Part shown: positions 1 through 13,417 of the stretch, piece by piece
How positions within the stretch are numbered: position 1 is the first letter of the stretch
How the letters are laid out: every line of letters starts with the position of its first letter
Assembly (NCBI RefSeq): GCF_902652985.1
Contig: NC_047016.1
Location: 10,726,001 to 10,790,000 of the forward strand
DNA from: Pecten maximus
Lineage: Eukaryota
Length of the DNA: 64,000 nt
Reading direction: 5' to 3'
The notes under the pieces: generated by a model
Seen by the model: the letters and a program-made list of their open reading frames with translations, nothing else
What the model was told of the DNA's origin: nothing
Database searches by the model: none
Made by a program: the position numbers and the translations under genes

Positions 1-109
1 AATCAAATGGTACACCCAACACAACGGAACCTCCTCAACTTAGACTACCATTTGGTGTTGGAAGCCTATATGAATGAGATATTATCGGGTAGCTTTGCAT
101 AATACTTAC

Positions 110-492
110 CTGTCACAAACCCAATGGCGACATCTACAGAAAAAAATGTAATCAATACATTTATAAATAATTAACACTAATGCAATAATTCATTTAGACA
201 TTACATGCCTGTTTATTATATTACTGATATATCACAATCTATGGAAATACGTTCACTCATTAAAGACACAAGGCTTTAAGCCACGATATTGCACTAACAG
301 TTTTTTAATCAATCGCTTGGCATTTGAAGCTAACTCAAAACACATTTGGATAATATACTATATGGCATCAATATGTTTCACATGACTTACGTTTTAATAA
401 AATCTCTAACATATTAAATCATTGGTTATAAGATGTGCGGTATGGTAACACTTACAAGAAAGGAAAACAACGACAAGAATCCTTGGCGACAT
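110..492 (-). CDS. 5' end of an unidentified, probably secreted protein gene continuing off the left edge
   Basis: Exon 456-492 (ATG at 492, donor GTAAGT) and a 24-nt exon 110-133 (TTTTTTTCTGTAG acceptor, GTAAGT donor) splice in frame to MSPRILVVVFLSYVAIGFVT, a signal-peptide-like hydrophobic N-terminus. Confidence 0.55.
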
Positions 493-1647
493 ATTGGAAC
501 TTTAAAACCATACTCCTTCAGCAATATTAGAGGGATGGATTCCACAAATAAGTCGTCAGCAGTTTTATTGTTCCACCTCTATCTTAGTAATGCGTATACA
601 GGCATAATAGTCGTAAGAAGTTATTATATAAAATTTAATATAAAATGCGTCAGTACAATACAGTATGTTATTGTTAATACTTTAAAGAAAGTAAGTTATT
701 TATGTCAAGTATTTGCGCCTTTAATATCAGAATTTCAACAGTGTTGAAATAAGATAAGATTACACATATACAATGTATGTGTAGGTAGGCAGTCAGACAT
801 CCTATCAATATTCTAAGGTCATACCTACTTCAATGGGGCCATGTTAAGGACACTTGTATATCGTCTTCTCACAGAAAACGTATGATATGCCTTCCGTTCC
901 TTTATAATGATATAAGAATTGGTCAGTTAAATTTCCCTGTACATTCTTTAAAGTCAATATCAGGGGATTTCAAGTTCCCTTTTCACTTTCTTTGATATTT
1001 CATGAGGTTGAGACAGATATCCTTCCTCGCATGATCAATTGCTGAATTAAAGGGCCTAAAATGAGGTAATGCAATGAAGAAAAGAGATAAAGATTCTAAT
1101 ATGCTATGAAACACGCATGAAACATCCTATTGGGAAAGCTGGTATCAATTTAAAGACTTACCCTTGTTACGGAGTTATAAAAAACAAACAAATACCGATA
1201 TAGCCATAAGCGAAGCTATCAACTATACATTTTTCAGAAATGGCCATTATATGATCGGCGTTAAGAGGTCTTAAATATCAACATGTGATTTTATCATCAA
1301 TTCTGAACGTGTATCAAATGACATTTCACCATCGTTTATAAATGAATGTTATATAGCTGACAGTTACCTCAATATTCACTTCAAAGAGTCCACAATTATA
1401 TATATATCCAAATGAAATGTTCTTTAAAGAAATGAAAAGTAGCACTGCTTATTACTGTTAAGGCCAAGTTTTGTTCGTACTCAGCAGGTCTGTATGATGG
1501 GCGTCAGATAAAGATTATTGGCTGTGTTATATGTTTCTGTTTGCTGTTATATACCGGAGGTGTATCATCTTTGGTTTAAAAAAAACAACAAAATAAAATA
1601 TCTGAATTTCTTTTTAATCTTTGTTCATATTTGAAATTAAGGAGAAG

Positions 1648-4419
1648 TCATTGGCTGACACTGTCATCTAAAACTATGTTGGCATCATTTCGAGGATCAA
1701 GAAACTCCTTTCCATCCATATTAGTATAGTTTCGACATTTGAGTATATCTTCATTTCGAACCTTAAATAAAAAATAGGATCGGTGATTAAATCATACAAG
1801 CTAAAAACAAATTGAAATTAATATATTAACTTTGAATAATAGACAGAAAGCTAATACTTGCTCATGGCAAACATTCATCGTGTTATATCATCACATGCAC
1901 GTACTTTGTACAAACACAAAATCAATGGCGTCATTTAAATGTAATATTGTAAGTTATTGCTTATGAGTTTGGTAATCTTTCAATTTTTAGGAGACAGAAA
2001 GTATGATATCGCTTATAGATCAAACAAAAGGTTATTCATAAGTACATTCTTGTTTTCCTGTAGGTGGATGTGTTTCCTCTGTGGATTATCAAGGCAAATA
2101 TTTAAACATGAAATATTTAAGTCGAAAAAGCGGCGGCAAATATCAGCATCTTTGTGACTAAGTAATGGTAGTTTCCTATAATCAAAAGATAACGTACTTT
2201 AACTAATTTATTTAGTTTTCCAAATGGATGATCAAGCACCGCATCATTGTCCGTCCGATTATATGACACTAGTACTGACCAACGTCTCTTGTCGCTGTCA
2301 TTACCCGCACTTGTATGTAGGAGGTTGGAGTGAAAGAAGAGTGCATCACCTAAACAAGAAGATGACAAGTTTGTTTGCTTTTCCCGGGATTATTTTGATC
2401 ATCAATGATAGCATTACTTATATATATATCTATAAGAAAGAAACGACAATCCACTGATGGGCATTGGAGAACAAAAATATGGGCGATTCATAAAAGATAT
2501 TGAAATGAAGTCAACAATACACTAACATTTTATCTTTAATCATCGGGAACTTATTTTTTGAATGAGCTGTGTAATAGCAAAACTGCTTTGAATGTAATAA
2601 ATAAATTAACACATAAAAGAATAAAAATCAATTTTGAATTCGTTTAATATTGTACGTGAACTTATTTTAGCGGTATCCTAATATTTGCGCCTTTCGAACC
2701 CGAAGTCATTATACTAATTCAAGTGCAGCGCTAAAATTTCTCTAACGTGTCCTTGGTCAGTCTTTAACATTCAGTATTTACGCTATGGTCTGTATCAAAA
2801 AACGTAAGTACGATATCGATCTTTGAATATTTTATTATCGAACATATACAACTGAAAATTGACAACTTTTGTACATTTCAAGAGAGAAAGGGCAGTATAG
2901 TTTAGTTAGTTTCGGAATAAACACGGTCTGTGATTATCTTATCTGTACACCGTCGATGTTTATAAGCCTACCGGTATGCTATCATGTTATTTCAGAAAGG
3001 TTTGTTGCCGCTAATTTAAAGATATTTTGTGACGATTACACGAATTCAAGAGTGCGCTAATAAGTATGTATACCATCGGAGCGCTAAAATATGAATGCTG
3101 TAAGATAAGTACACGTACAGTTTCACATGGTGTCTTACCAGGCTCCATTTCCACGTGAATAGGTGGACATTTCTGTTGGATAGCATGTACTCTGTCAATG
3201 TCTGCTCCTGTCTGTCCGGCGATCATGAGATGATCGATTCGCCCACACTTATGGGAGCCGGGCATGATCTAGAAATCATCAGAATAAAAATATTACCATT
3301 ACTAATCAGACATCAAAACAATCACGTCAAAACCTGAACACTGTCCGGATGTGAGATGTGCAACAAACTTTAAAAAATGGGCATTCTGCCATATATCACC
3401 ATTAAGCATGTTAATAGCTTGTAACATAAGAAAATATGTAGTTTTATATTTTTAGTTGAGTGTTATAACATACAATGTACCTCCAAACAGCCATTTTCTG
3501 TCGTTGCTCTATCGTACGCTACAAATACCGTTATTAAATCTGGGAATAAGCAGCCGTTATTGTACCAGTATCTACAACAATCAGATGATAATTCGTCAAT
3601 ATTCTAATACATATATACAACTTACAGAAAACAATAAAATGCAATGTGGATCGTTCACAAGGTACGCTATGGAAACGTACTTTTTAACAATGACAAAATA
3701 ATATGTTTACCTTATGTAGGACATATTTCTTATTCGATACTTTAATCAAGCACTATCAGTTTATGGAGGACAGTGACGACATCCTTGAGACATGCCTATC
3801 CATTGTATTACAAATATTTCACTGACCCGTAGTCCTGGTGCCAAAGGTGCTTGCCGCCAGTTCTTGCCTCTTTCATCATAAGTTTTGACTCAAAATGATA
3901 TAATTCGCCACCGCCTAAAAGCTTCAAACGAAATGATACTAAGTTGAAGTAAGTTGCTATGATTTCAACACACATGTACTTTTAAATTTCTTAAAAGTAC
4001 AAATAATAATGAGGGGTTTAACTATACAAATGCATTTTATTTTGTTTCCTTTCATCATTTGAATGAATGTGGATATAACACAAGAGTTACCAAACCACTA
4101 TAAATAGACATGACAATATAAGATAAAAGCAGGAACAATAAATAACTCACCTCCTGACACGTTCCTAACACCTTTTCACTTCTAGCAATAACACCGGTTA
4201 CATCATCACCAGGATAGCTCCATAGAGCCATTTGAGTTTTCTTGCCCTCTCCATCTGAAAACTAGAATATAAACTAAAAATACAATACAACAAGTACGGA
4301 GCCACTTGAATGACATGCCACACATTTATTCTATTTCATTATTTCGTTTTATCGAAATAATAAATCGCTTTATCGATTCTCTTAATTGTTATTTCTATAA
4401 CAAACGCCTCTTCAGAGAC

Positions 4420-4463
<44 letters not shown>

Positions 4464-5633
4464 AGCGCACAGATGACCACACTAATGACCACACTAATGA
4501 CTACAATGATGACCACACTGATGACAACAATGATAACCACACTAATGACCACACTAATGACTACAATGATGACCACACTGATGACAACAATGATAACCAC
4601 ACTAATGACCACACTAATGACTACAATGATGACCACACTGATGACAACAATGATAACCACACTAATGACCACACTAATGACTACAATGATGACCACACTG
4701 ATTACCACATTAACGACCACAAAGTTTACCACACTAATGACCACACTGCTGTTATTGGTACGTCAACCTACCCCATATCGGTGTTTGGTTATAGCATCAC
4801 TTCCTTCCAATGTAATGTGAAGTTGTTGCAGTTCTGCATCATTGAGTAAGCCCCTTATTATAACAACAATATAATATATACTCAATTAGTAGTATGTTTT
4901 AGATAAATTCTTAAATCGACAGCAACTATCCACCCCAACCACCAAAATAGATTTATAATCAAAGCAATTTTCAATAATCAAAGTAATTTTAATTTTTTAA
5001 AGTTGTGATCAGTTTAAGTTAAATACATCAACATTAAATTACATGTGAGTTTGTAGTAATTAAACATATGGCCTTTAAACCATAAAAAAACGTGAGCACT
5101 AACCTAACGATCAGGTATCCATTTTTGTTGTAATCACATTTCATCTGATCGGTCAAATTTAGATCATTTCCTTCAAGGCAGTACTCTAAATTTGGTAAAA
5201 GTACAGGAAATAAAGACAGTAACCAAAACGCATTTTGTAAATCATGTATGACAGTAAAAAAATGATTGAAAAGGTCAACATATTAAAGACAGAAGACCGA
5301 ATGGGAGACGTAAATTTGATATTATGTTTGTGCTATAGAGGGTAACGCTCATATAACAATTTATGAACCCCATTATATCTGTAAAACTGTAAATATGTAT
5401 CAGTAAAGAAAACAACATAAAAATTGACCAAAGCTTAGCCAATGAGAATAAACCTACATAACACGCCCACTGTACCAGGCGAACCGATGTATTAATGGAG
5501 TAGACTAGCTAACACTGTCATAATCACAGTACAGAAAGTCACAGCCAATTTGATTACTTATACTATATCTGTTAATGTATGCATGTGTATCAATCTTGTT
5601 AACATCTTGTATATACTAACCACATTCAGCCAT
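1648..5633 (-). CDS. PhyH-family Fe(II)/2-oxoglutarate dioxygenase, L-proline trans-4-hydroxylase/ectoine hydroxylase-like, copy A (9 coding exons, ~289 aa)
   Basis: Exons 5621-5633, 5104-5185, 4772-4853, 4151-4261, 3827-3921, 3481-3571, 3139-3268, 2198-2349, 1648-1761; all GT-AG and in frame. Motifs: [48 protein letters not shown] (HxD), [38 protein letters not shown] (distal His and 2OG-binding Arg). Confidence 0.9.
2650..3120. mobile_element. MITE-like element in PhyH-A intron 7
   Basis: Imperfect terminal inverted repeats: TGTACGTGAACTTATTTTAGC at ~2651 versus GCTGTAAGATAAGTACACGTACAG at ~3097-3120; non-coding interior. Confidence 0.55.
4421..4746. repeat. (GAT)n microsatellite followed by a 60-bp higher-order repeat built from 12-bp ATGACCACACTA-like units (PhyH-A intron 3)
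   Basis: Lines 4501, 4561 and 4621 are identical 60-mers; a GAT run occupies 4421-4460. Confidence 0.95.
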
Positions 5634-7397
5634 TGTTGCCGCATTCATCCACAATTGTAGATACTAGAATTCTAATCTGCATGTTATACCATATATAACT
5701 TAAATGCCCTTTACCTATCCTCGTTCATGTAACAGTATCTTAAATCTGATAGTACGCACATCACACTACGTATGGTCCTGTTCATCAGTCATTTTATCTG
5801 TAGTATTGTAGATAGTTGGTACATTTGTACATCCAAGGTCAGAGGTCAACCAGGTTAAGTTAGTGGACCTTTTCGTCCATTATACGCCGGTAAAGGATTT
5901 ACAATGTTAATCAATGTCGTATGGTAGTTTTTTGTGTTATTCAAAATTGAGACATAATGTAATATTAAGCCAGTTTTATTTAAGTAATAATGACATATAT
6001 CAACCCGTTATTTTACCAGATAGAACGGTCTCTGCTCCATCCTCAAAGCAAAGAATTTACATTTCATTGAATATTTATAATCCAAGAAAACAAATTTACA
6101 TGTATCTAAATAATTGGCAATATTTTCCGAAACAGAATATCATTGCTCCTTTTCTACCGAAAAATATGCATATACAAAATTTAGCATTTATTACCATCTC
6201 ATTTGAAAGTTAAGAAGTGGCTTTATTCTCTCAAAATGAGGGATTCTTTCTATTCCAAGATTGTCGAAAGAAAGTATTTTGTTGAAAAGTCACTTTAGTT
6301 TATGTCCTAAAACACACGACACTAGTCACGGTGAAACATGTTTAGGTGATTATTGAGTACTTGGTTGATTTAAGACTTTCTTGATTTTGGTGACACCGTC
6401 TTCGAACAGACTTTTCACATACCCATAAGAGCCAGGTGCAGTTTTTGGTTTCATACTAGGACCAGTTCATTGAAGAGCATACCAAATAAAGACGTTAATC
6501 AATATTATGTTTAATTTCATATTGAATCATAATCATGATGCATTTTCTTTATATACCAAGAAATATATTGGTGAAATCGATCTGATATAGCTATATAAAA
6601 ATAAATCACTTCACCTTCTTCAATCATACTTCAGCATTTACGTACCAAGTAACGATTACTAAGCTGTGTGATAAAGAGCATACGGTAGTTCATTTTCATT
6701 ATTCTTAATTTCCAAAAAAAAAAAAAAAAAAAAAAAAACCCTGTTTCCCAAATCTACGGTGTTTACATGTCAATGTTTATTTCACGATTTCCGTGACAGA
6801 CGGGCTGGATTGTGTCAAGGAGGGTCATTTGATTGAATATCGTATTTCAGGGAAAGGAAACGTTTTACTACGATTTCAGCTTGGCTATGGTAGATAAATT
6901 GTATACTTTGAATATTTCTTTCAAGTTTTCCAGAGGAAATTATCGAAATCCACGCGAACAAATATGCAATATTAGACTGAATACTGGAATACATTCATTA
7001 ATAATCAACATCAACAGTTTTTTTCAGAAGAAAAATCAAATTCCAATACTGTGTTTAATAGTTGTAAAGTAATTTCCCCCGAAGCACAACGGTGTAAAGT
7101 AATATGTGAATGATAGGGATTTTGGCGCTACTGTCCTATCCACAGATTGTTATTTGAATTGAAATGTGTCAATATCTTGTAAATAAAACAATGCCGGTTG
7201 ACATACATGCCCCGTTTTGATTCAAACACACATGCTCGACGTTTTCTCTTAAACATAATATTGATTGAAATTATGAAACTGTTTGAAGTACTTGTATCGG
7301 TCCTTGGTATCACGTACGTGTCCTAGAAGGACGTAACAGCAGTACGATGTATTTTCGTTAGATTTTGGCGTTATTGAAAGATAGTTATACTATATGA

Positions 7398-7725
7398 TAG
7401 AAGTCATATGACACAACTAATATAATATTTAAGAGTGTGTTGTTTCGATGACTACATTGTCACCTTCATCAGACTAATGACCAATGTGAAGCGTGCTAGT
7501 ACTGTCTTATATAGTGTCCGAAATGGTAAAAGAGTCTACTCTGAAGGATGCTTTGTCTTTATCATGATCATATTGACACCAACTTAAAAGTGTGACGATG
7601 TGGTAAAAATGAAATAGAATCTAAGTGTACGAGATGGTTTGATCTACTTTAGTCGAATCGGCTACGCTTTGTTCGTCACACTATTTTCGAACTTTGTTCA
7701 CATTGGTTGTGTCATATAACTTCTA
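7398..7725 (-). mobile_element. Penelope-like element relic with inverted ends and a hammerhead ribozyme core
   Basis: ~29-bp inverted repeats at 7398-7426 and 7697-7725. Minus strand 7472-7442 reads CTGATGA-A-GGTGAC-aatgta-GTCATC-GAAAC. Confidence 0.55.
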
Positions 7726-8252
7726 TAATATTTACTTTACCAACCGGAAGAAAATGTTCCAGAATATGATGATACTATGTGTGTATTTACAACCATTCGT
7801 TACTTTCCATCCCATGTCTGAGTACATGTATTATGATTTATGGAAGAATGTTGATAAAAGAACATGCGTTGTCATGATTTTCCTTCCAAGTATTCCAAAC
7901 ATATTTAAAAATTCGTAGCAAACATTGCACAAATCAAATTTTATCTTTCAACCTTAAAACGCTAATGATGTACATGGATAAATGTTCCACAAAAGTTGGT
8001 ACAACTGTACCTATTTGTAAATGCCGACAAGTGATCACTAGGGAGCATTAAAATGTTCAGACACGTGAAAACATAAAATATGGATCAATGTTTAAACGCT
8101 TTTATTTAGAGTAGCATATTTTGAAATATTGCAGTTGACCAAACGAGAAAAAAAAATGAAAATCATAGCTGAGTGATCACGGCTTTAGAGTAATTATTGT
8201 ATACATTTGTATCTCATTGTCAGGTATTAATCTCGAACATTCTAATTGTTCA

Positions 8253-11200
8253 CTATTCTGGTTTAACTCGAACAGTCACATCGTTCTTCGGATTCAGAAA
8301 AACTTTCCCTGTCAAATCCTCTTCATTTTCACATTCTGCTATAGCACTATCAGCCACCTAATAGAGATAAAAAATAAAATCAGAAATATAGCGTATAGAA
8401 GCGTGTAATGCAGTCCAGCTTACTTATGCGGGTATCATACTATGTAAATATTACTTAGATTTAACTCTATTTGGTGCCCGTGCATACGACATGCCACTTT
8501 ATGCAAATAACTTGGTTGCTACAGAATAGCCAGTACTGCTTGAAAAAGCTTGAAAAATGCTTAAACGTAAGGCTTGCATCAGCAGCAAAGCCTAATTAAC
8601 CCATTTGGGGCCCTTTACTATGAACGACATGACCAGCATATTGTTTGTACGATTACCCAATGCTTATGCTAATATTTTAACAGTATAGAAGTTGGTAGAA
8701 TCCCCAGTATGGTAATCCAGTACTAGCGGGCTTGACTCCAAAGCCGGGATAACTACATTACTCCTCATCCCCTCGATTCTTCCCATAGGATTTAGAAGTA
8801 CAGGTATATATGGGGTATGCTAACATACCTTTTGTATAGGATTGTAGTAGGCAAACGGATGTTTGGCTAAAGCATCATTATAAGCCGCGGAATAAGCGAT
8901 TGCGTATGCCAGTCTTTGTTTGGAACTCGTGTTGTTGCCACTGCTGTGTAGCAAATTGGAATGGAAGAATACAGCGTCCCCTGAAATAATATTGACGAAG
9001 TTTGTACGTCATTGATGTAGCAGCACAATAAAATATAAATGCCCGTATTGTTATTTACATTACATATTGCGTTTTACAAAAGAGTCCTTGAAATTGATTG
9101 TTGACGGGATCAAACGATTTTTAAAATATTCTTTTTTTATTGAAAAATGTCAATAAAATGATGCGATACTTGTACTTAAAAGAAGCGTATAAATAAGATT
9201 ATATTTTTTTATACTAAAGGCTCATTTTAATTTTACATATGATAAGTTAAATACGATTTACACACTGAGGTGCTTGATACAGGTTTTATGTACATGTATA
9301 TCAACAATAAAATGCTCTCCTCATTTGATATCATTTATCTAATTTTGCCAAATTGTACCTTGATTTAATTCAATATATTCAAGTTGAAGTTTCTCTTTCA
9401 GTTTTGATATTCTCGCAGGATCTGCCATTTGTTCGCCCTCGTAAAATCCGTGATCTAACCGACCACATTTGTGGGATCCTCGTAAAACCTTCAACAAAGT
9501 ATTGTACAAAAGACATACAGGATATAAAGGACTTTTCAAAAAAGAATTTAGCGTTAGATGCAGTAGAGCCGGAACAAACCAAGCTTCACCATAATCTTCT
9601 TTCATTGATTTTGTTTGTGATCTGAGGGCTAAAGTATTGATCAGAAATGGCAGACAAAACGCAAAATAAGACAAACACAATGTCGGGATGGGGAGGTGTA
9701 TTAGACCCATTACTAAATATGAATTTGATAATATTCCAAATTCAATCAGTTTTAATATTGGATCTGAAAAATAACGCCGAGTACGTATACATGTGTATAT
9801 TCAAAACCCCTTTTTTTCAAATGAACTATGTGCAGGTTACGATAAACCCTGGGGACTGAACAGTCCACCATCTGTAAGCCCAAAGCATTGTACGAAAGCA
9901 ATACAGTCTCATTTCGTTATGTGTATCATTTTTGAATCTGAATTTAGTATGGTTGAATACTTTTGTTAAATGATTAAGCGAAAGAATCTTCTGATGATTC
10001 AATGTGAAATCTAACTTTGGTCAATTCAATTTGATTGATGTATTAAAGATTGCTACTGATGCTGTCCCAGATATTGTTCAAACAAATGTTAATCACGTGG
10101 GTAGGGAACTGAACATAAGATGATGCAAGCAGTCAATCGATACAGACAAAATATCATACCTGCAAGCAGCCATTTTCTTTGGTATTTTCGTCAACTGCTA
10201 TCGAAACCGTCATCATATCCGGGTATGGAAATCCCTGTTTGTACCAGTATCTGTGATGTGTCAAAAAGGGGACATCATTACTTAGATATATGTCGAACCT
10301 GACTGGTAAACGACCCATATTATTTGAGTTAGAATATGTCGATATGTGGTACATGCGTTAACGTATACGTAGGAATAAAGTAATGTATTTTTAATAATCA
10401 TCAGTAATGTATACGGAGAATTACAATACATTACTTAACTTAAATAGTATAACAAAAGAATGTTTATATTTTTTTTAAAGCAGAATTATACGATGATATT
10501 TTAATTAAATGAATGATTACTTTGAAATTCATCTTTATAATCCCTGTTAGTAACAGAACAAAGGACCCGCCTTGTCGTTAAGATATGGAATACATACGGG
10601 GTGATTTATGTTATTCAAACTGGTACATCTATATATAGGCAATATGTTTCATTTTGTATATTTACACACACGTATACAAAATACCTGGCCAAATGTGATG
10701 CAGTTTCAGAATCATTTTAATTGTTTCTATTCATATAAAAAGTTTTGTATGCATATCAATTACCCGTAATCCTGGTGCCACACGAACTGTCCACCAACAG
10801 ACGGTTCTTTCAATATTGCCTTAGCATGGAAATGGAATAATTCACCGCCTAAAAGCTGAAATATTTGAGAAAGAACCTAATTATTTTACGGTATGGAGCA
10901 AAAGACACAAAAACATATATTAGTCTTTATTAAACAATATGAAATTTCTCTTACAATTAATAAAAAATCTCTGAATTATTTATATATAATAAATAGATAT
11001 TTTTCTTGAAATATGTTAAATATCAAAGAAATACATTTTCACAAATGTTGACTATCTTTTCACTGCGAGCAACCATTCCTGTGACGTCATCCCCCGGATT
11101 GTTCCATAAACTTAATGTGATATCCCGACCACCACCTGAGGGTATCTGTAGGTAAAATACATTACATCAGACACAAATATCAGCGCATGTCAAAATATAC

Positions 11201-13417
11201 CATTGTGTCAATAGGTAGACAACAAAACACAACACGATGTCAATACTTTTTTTGAAAAAAAAAAAAAAAAAAAAAAAGATCACCACACACGCACCAACTA
11301 TAATTTATTCAGATTATGATATTATTCTTTGACAGGTACAATCTTCTCCTTTCCAATGGATTTATATATATGACAGCCTGAAGACATTTTGTGTGGTAGA
11401 TTTTCTTAAAGGAACATGCCACTCAAATGTAAATGAATACGAAAGCATACCTTGTATTGATGTTTCATTACACCGTTTGGATTACCAAAAGCACTTCTTA
11501 TCCTGGAGATTTCCGCCTTGTTGAAAATATTTCTGTTAACAACAAAAACCTTGAAATTTACACATTAAATATAAGTAATATTGATAGAATTGTATATACA
11601 ATATTGTAATACCAGAGGTCAATCTAAAATCTCAAATATGTGCAAATCTTAAACATGATGCTAAACTGCTATATTGTGTCAAGTCGAAATAGGACAATAT
11701 AGGTATACAATTATAAAGTGGATTGTATAAGTTAATCAGTTGGTTTTTGACACCATCTGTTACCATATCTACATAGCTACAGACCATTTCACAAAGAGGA
11801 AGCCTACCTCATTACGATATATCCATGCTCGTCGTATTTCGTTTTGATGTCATCCAACGCATCAGAGTTTTTGAAGTCAAATTCTGTGAGAAAGAAAGCG
11901 GGAAAACATGTTTAAAGGACAATAAAACAATTGCCATGTCTTCGAACGAAAACATATCAATCCCTGGATAAAGGACGCGACTGACTATAAAGCACACTTT
12001 GATATGTTCCTTTGGTGTCCTCTATATATATGTTTGAGTGTAAATTAGTTCCATTTCATTATTTTTGTTTCTTTTCCCTCTAATTAACCCTTTTTTGTAC
12101 AGTGACAAAAAAGGATGGGAAGTTTGCTGGTTTGAAGTCCCAAAATTAGACAGCCTCAAATATGGACCAGGAGGAACCAACATGTGTAGTATTCTAGCTA
12201 AAGATTGTGAATATTATTTCCTATGTTTCCTTCCCAAACCGATTTTTAAGGGATTTAAACACAGACTGTTATATGAATATAACTTTATTAGAGAGTGCTT
12301 TGAAATATCAGAAGCCTTAACCAAATTACGAAAAAAATAAAAAAGTTATGTGGTAAACTTTGGTTTGCTTGTCTAAAGTCTGATTTGGTTTCAGTAAATA
12401 TATGATTAGGTGCTTGTCTATCATCCACCAGTACCTTTGTTGATCACATAACATTTTTATAACATCGTAATATATGAGACTTATTTAAGATATAAAGGAA
12501 TCGGTTTTTCATTCCGTACCTTGTATAATAGCTTTCTATTGTAGTTAATCATTCTACAGTTATATGGATATGCATTGACAGAATGTACTTTTAAAAACTA
12601 ACTTCAACCATCTCAATTAATGGCCTCCAGTCGGTCATTTTGTTAATATATCTCGATATCGATCAGGTATAACATATTACTTACAAACATGAGTACAAAC
12701 GTTAGAGTGAAAAAGTGGCAAACGTTTTTTGTTGTTGTTAAATTTAAAATAAAACCTTTATTTGTCAGTGAATGTCGCAATCCACGCAATCAAGAACAGT
12801 ACCCATTAACACGGACCGAAAATTACCTTCCCGTGGAATTTAATAAAAAATCCATAAAATGTTTCTAGGTAAATACAAATAACAAACCCGAAGTGTAAAA
12901 ATCCAAGACGGCCGCCTGCTAGCCATTTGATATATTTAAACAATATAAAAATGCAAGAACGAAATGATGGTGGCATAGATATAATGATTGTAACATCTAG
13001 GGCAGGGTTCACCCTGCATGTGTTATATCATAATGTCTGATGGTTAACATCATCAAAGCGTGAGAAATATCGGATTATCATACCCACTCCATCCGACTCT
13101 ATGTATTGATATATAATTCACAAATATTTTAGTGTCAGTATTATGTTGCTAAGCATTTTATTAACCTGTATAAACCAGTCTGCAGAGCCATTTTTGCAGA
13201 GTTTGGTTTAATACGATGAGCACATATCTGAACAATCAATATTTTCGGCTCGGGTATTCGACCTCTACATATGTATAGCTGTACGCATACCTGAAACTGA
13301 ACCCAGTTATGTAAAGTATGTACTACAATCTGAGACACGGCTTAGATGACCATCAAATGACACTTGGAAACATGTGCATTGGAATATATTTCTGTATAGA
13401 CAATACTTACCCGCCAT
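8253..13417 (-). CDS. PhyH-family Fe(II)/2-oxoglutarate dioxygenase, L-proline trans-4-hydroxylase/ectoine hydroxylase-like, copy B (9 coding exons, ~281 aa)
   Basis: Exons 13411-13417, 11808-11883, 11451-11532, 11035-11145, 10764-10855, 10160-10250, 9359-9488, 8829-8980, 8253-8357; same intron phases as copy A. Motifs: [57 protein letters not shown]. Confidence 0.9.

Noticed and set aside
4412-4820. Poly-Met/Thr and Val/Ile ORFs
   Set aside because: They are translations of an intronic micro/minisatellite.
12420-12670. Helentron/HINE-like relics (also ~40740-40860 and ~52690-52870)
   Set aside because: The motifs resemble common molluscan dispersed repeats, but I cannot define termini or TSDs from this window.
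1648-13417. Recent horizontal transfer or bacterial contamination of the PhyH genes
   Set aside because: Each gene has eight spliceosomal introns with shared phases and host-like composition. Any transfer would be ancient and cannot be shown here.
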